Part shown: one piece after another, positions 61,959 through 64,000 of the stretch
Layout: each line of letters starts with the position of its first letter
Position numbering within the stretch: the stretch's first letter is position 1
Origin: Candidatus Binatia bacterium
GTDB lineage: Bacteria; Desulfobacterota; Binatia; Bin18
DNA length: 64,000 bases
Direction of reading: 5' to 3'
NCBI GenBank assembly: GCA_963664395.2
Contig: OY761159.2
Span: 3,712,001 to 3,776,000, forward strand
Notes under the pieces: model-generated
What the model saw: the letters and a program-made list of their open reading frames with translations, nothing else
Database searches by the model: none
Told to the model about the DNA's origin: nothing
Translations under genes and position numbers: made by a program

Positions 61959-62423
61959 ATGATGGATACACAAAAAATTATTACCGCACTCAACAAAGCC
62001 GTCGCTCTTGAACATGCGGCTACGCTCCAGTACCAGCAGCACGCCCTCTTGGTGAATGGTCTGTGGCGCAAGGTCTTTGCCGACTTCTTTAACGACCAGA
62101 GCAAAGCGTCTCTCTCGCATGCCCACACGTTCGGGCAAAAAGTTGTCTCCCTTGGCGGTGTGTCCACGGTTGAGATTGGGACGACGGTCCATCAGTCCAC
62201 TGATCTTGAGGAAATGCTCAAGCAGGATTTGGCCCTCGAAAAAGAAGCCATGCAGGCATATCTGGAAGCCCATGCCCTGGCTGAGGGTAATGTTGCGTTG
62301 CGGTCCATGCTCGAAAACCACATCGAAGGCGAACAGAACGATATTGAAGAGTTGGAAATGTATCTGGGCATGGTGGAAACGAAAAATGTTGAGCGTGATG
62401 TGACGCTCCGTCGCGTAAAATAA
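61959..62423 (+). CDS. Bacterioferritin-like ferritin-superfamily protein
   Basis: LNKAVALE..A.LQY..H, HA..F..K..LGG and MLKQDLALE motifs; AAGGAG RBS. Confidence 0.8.
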   Translation: MMDTQKIITALNKAVALEHAATLQYQQHALLVNGLWRKVFADFFNDQSKASLSHAHTFGQKVVSLGGVSTVEIGTTVHQSTDLEEMLKQDLALEKEAMQAYLEAHALAEGNVALRSMLENHIEGEQNDIEELEMYLGMVETKNVERDVTLRRVK

Positions 62424-62445
62424 ACTCTGCATCGTCAGTGTGTTT

Positions 62446-62481
62446 ATGGGCGGCTTCTTGGTTGAGGCCGCCCATTTTTTT
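62446..62481 (+). terminator. Intrinsic terminator
   Basis: ATGGGCGGCTTC...GAGGCCGCCCAT followed by a T run. Confidence 0.85.
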
Positions 62482-62608
62482 GTCCGGCCACGCCCGCAGA
62501 TGTCCTCCAGGGAATGAAAGGGTAGCCGGCCTAATAAAAATCCACTCCCCATTCGTATCGTTGCGCGACGGAAAGGGAATAGATAATATAGGAGATCTCT
62601 ACCAACAC

Positions 62609-62697
62609 GGAGAGGTGGCCGAGTGGTCGAAGGCGCTCGCCTGCTAAGCGAGTGTATGTTTAACAGCGTACCGAGGGTTCGAATCCCTCCCTCTCCG
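62609..62697 (+). tRNA. tRNA-Ser(GCT)
   Basis: GGAGAGG acceptor, CTCGC-CTGCTAA-GCGAG anticodon arm, long variable arm, GGTTCGAATCC. Confidence 0.96.
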
Positions 62698-62836
62698 CTC
62701 TTTACATAAACGGCATCCTAGGAGGAAAAAACGGTAGAAAATCCGCGAACTAAAAGCCGAAGTTGCGATTTCCTTACCGCATGTGGTAGAAAGAAAACAC
62801 TGACGAACCGCTCTCACGTTCGGTTTTCCTACCTAC

Positions 62837-62911
62837 GCGCCCTTAGCTCAGTCTGGATAGAGCGGCAGACTACGAATCTGTAGGTCGGAGGTTCGAATCC
62901 TCCAGGGCGCG
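62837..62911 (+). tRNA. tRNA-Arg(ACG)
   Basis: GCGCCCT acceptor, GCAGA-CTACGAA-TCTGT anticodon arm, GGTTCGAATCC. Confidence 0.96.
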
Positions 62912-63204
62912 CTTTCCTTCTCCTTCTGTTTCAAGGACATTGTCAAGTCATCAGCGTAGAGTGCGAAACTCACGTAATGTGAGACCGGATGGGGACGGCC
63001 TCACACTGCATCCAGACTGCTCAACGCACAGATGGCCTGTATGAAGAATCAGGTAGAACAAAAAGAGCCTATTTTTTCACGAGAAACGTCTAGCTCTGTT
63101 CTCCAGGTGACAATTGAAAACACGGCTGCCCTTGCGTTTGACCCTTTCTACTATTTACAAACCTGACGAGAAGAGAAATGATTCGACTCAAGAAAGGGGG
63201 ATGT

Positions 63205-63669
63205 ATGGTTTACGATAAGCGAAGGATTATCGCTGGTGTTGCGTTGCTGTTCTTGTGCGTGACAGGAGCAGCCTATGGGGATGATTTGGACGATGTGAAA
63301 GCCGTCTTTAACGAAGACATGAGGCTCTTTAACGCACAGAATGCAGCGGCTTTTGCCACTAACGCGCATGCTGATGTTGTGCTGTTTGGGATGTTGTCTC
63401 CTTTTGCCGTCAGGGGCAAAGCCGCCATAACGGACATGCTGGAAGGATTTTTCGCCGATAGCGAGCGTATTATCTTTATGCCGATCAATCCCGAATTTAG
63501 CATCACCGGCGCGAGTGCCCTGGCCTGGGGACATTTTACGAATACCGAGGTGCCAGCCGTTGGGCCGCGAGAGGTTATCCATGGCCGGTACACGTTCACC
63601 TACGCAAAAAGAGACGGGAAATGGCTCCTCGTTGGGCTGCATTTCTCCCCACTCGGGGTCGAAGGGTAA
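63205..63669 (+). CDS. Exported SnoaL/NTF2-like (DUF4440) protein
   Basis: Signal peptide; VRGKAAI...GRYTFTYAKRDGKWLLVGLHFS. Confidence 0.8.
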   Translation: MVYDKRRIIAGVALLFLCVTGAAYGDDLDDVKAVFNEDMRLFNAQNAAAFATNAHADVVLFGMLSPFAVRGKAAITDMLEGFFADSERIIFMPINPEFSITGASALAWGHFTNTEVPAVGPREVIHGRYTFTYAKRDGKWLLVGLHFSPLGVEG

Positions 63670-63706
63670 AGGAGGGATGCTAATGATAAACCAAGGAGGA
63701 AGGACC

Positions 63707-64000
63707 ATGAGCTGGAGAAGAATTCTTGTTGTGGTCGTTGTATCGGCGTTTGGGAGCATGACCTCGGAGAGCGCTGCCCAGCAGACGCGAGATAGCTTGA
63801 TTGCGAGCTTTGGGGAAGAGATACAGGCATTGAATGGGAGAGACCTTGAGGCGATTGTTTCTCATGTGCAAGAGAATGTTGTCGTGTTCGGCTTGTATTC
63901 GCCATTTCCGATTGTTGGCAAGACCGCCTTTCGCACGTCGATTCAGGACTACTTTGAAACCAATGAAACGGCTAGCCTCAAGCCTGCCCACCAAGAATAT
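63707..64000 (+). CDS. Second exported SnoaL/NTF2-like paralog (partial)
   Basis: Manual translation MSWRRILVVVVVSAFG...ALNGRDLEAIV...VVFGLYSPFPIVGKTAF aligns with the upstream gene (VLFGMLSPFAVRGKAAI). Runs off the window. Confidence 0.75.
   Translation, partial: MSWRRILVVVVVSAFGSMTSESAAQQTRDSLIASFGEEIQALNGRDLEAIVSHVQENVVVFGLYSPFPIVGKTAFRTSIQDYFETNETASLKPAHQEY

Noticed and set aside
62375-62423. Encapsulin cargo-loading peptide on the ferritin-like protein
   Set aside because: The tail (ETKNVERDVTLRRVK) lacks the GSLxIGSL-type motif and no encapsulin gene is in the window.
62837-63200. Integrative element at tRNA-Arg
   Set aside because: No integrase and no duplicated tRNA 3' end is visible in the window.

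Overview
Chromosomal window from a Gram-negative bacterium. Protein and 16S style suggest a deltaproteobacterium-like lineage such as Ca. Binatia, but this is an impression and was not tested. In order, the window holds: a sulfur module (persulfide dioxygenase-rhodanese fusion, 4Fe-4S/NrfD fusion, partial molybdopterin oxidoreductase); a TPMT-like methyltransferase and a class V PLP enzyme; a CusCBA-type metal efflux pump; a PEP-mutase-like/nucleotidyltransferase fusion followed by a QW-repeat (prenyltransferase/terpene-cyclase fold) protein and a Rieske ferredoxin; a DnaQ-UvrC fusion; tldD/pmbA; a 16S-tRNAIle-tRNAAla-23S operon with no linked 5S; cysK-larE; PBP1B, tsaD and rsmA; a stand-alone nuoF-nuoG pair; xth; gltBD with an Lrp regulator; ilvB; an iron locus (feoAB, CDGSH protein, atypical bacterioferritin, Fur-like boxes); tRNA-Ser, tRNA-Arg and two SnoaL-like genes. 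The strongest hidden signal is two genes that the ORF track splits or truncates at an in-frame TGA in a UxxC motif, each followed by a SECIS-like hairpin. These are a PrdB/GrdB-family protein (41720-42619) and a glutaredoxin (44946-45200), both probable selenoproteins. Several short tandem-repeat expansions, two single-base frameshifts and two structured leader RNAs are also present. No CRISPR array or transposase was seen.
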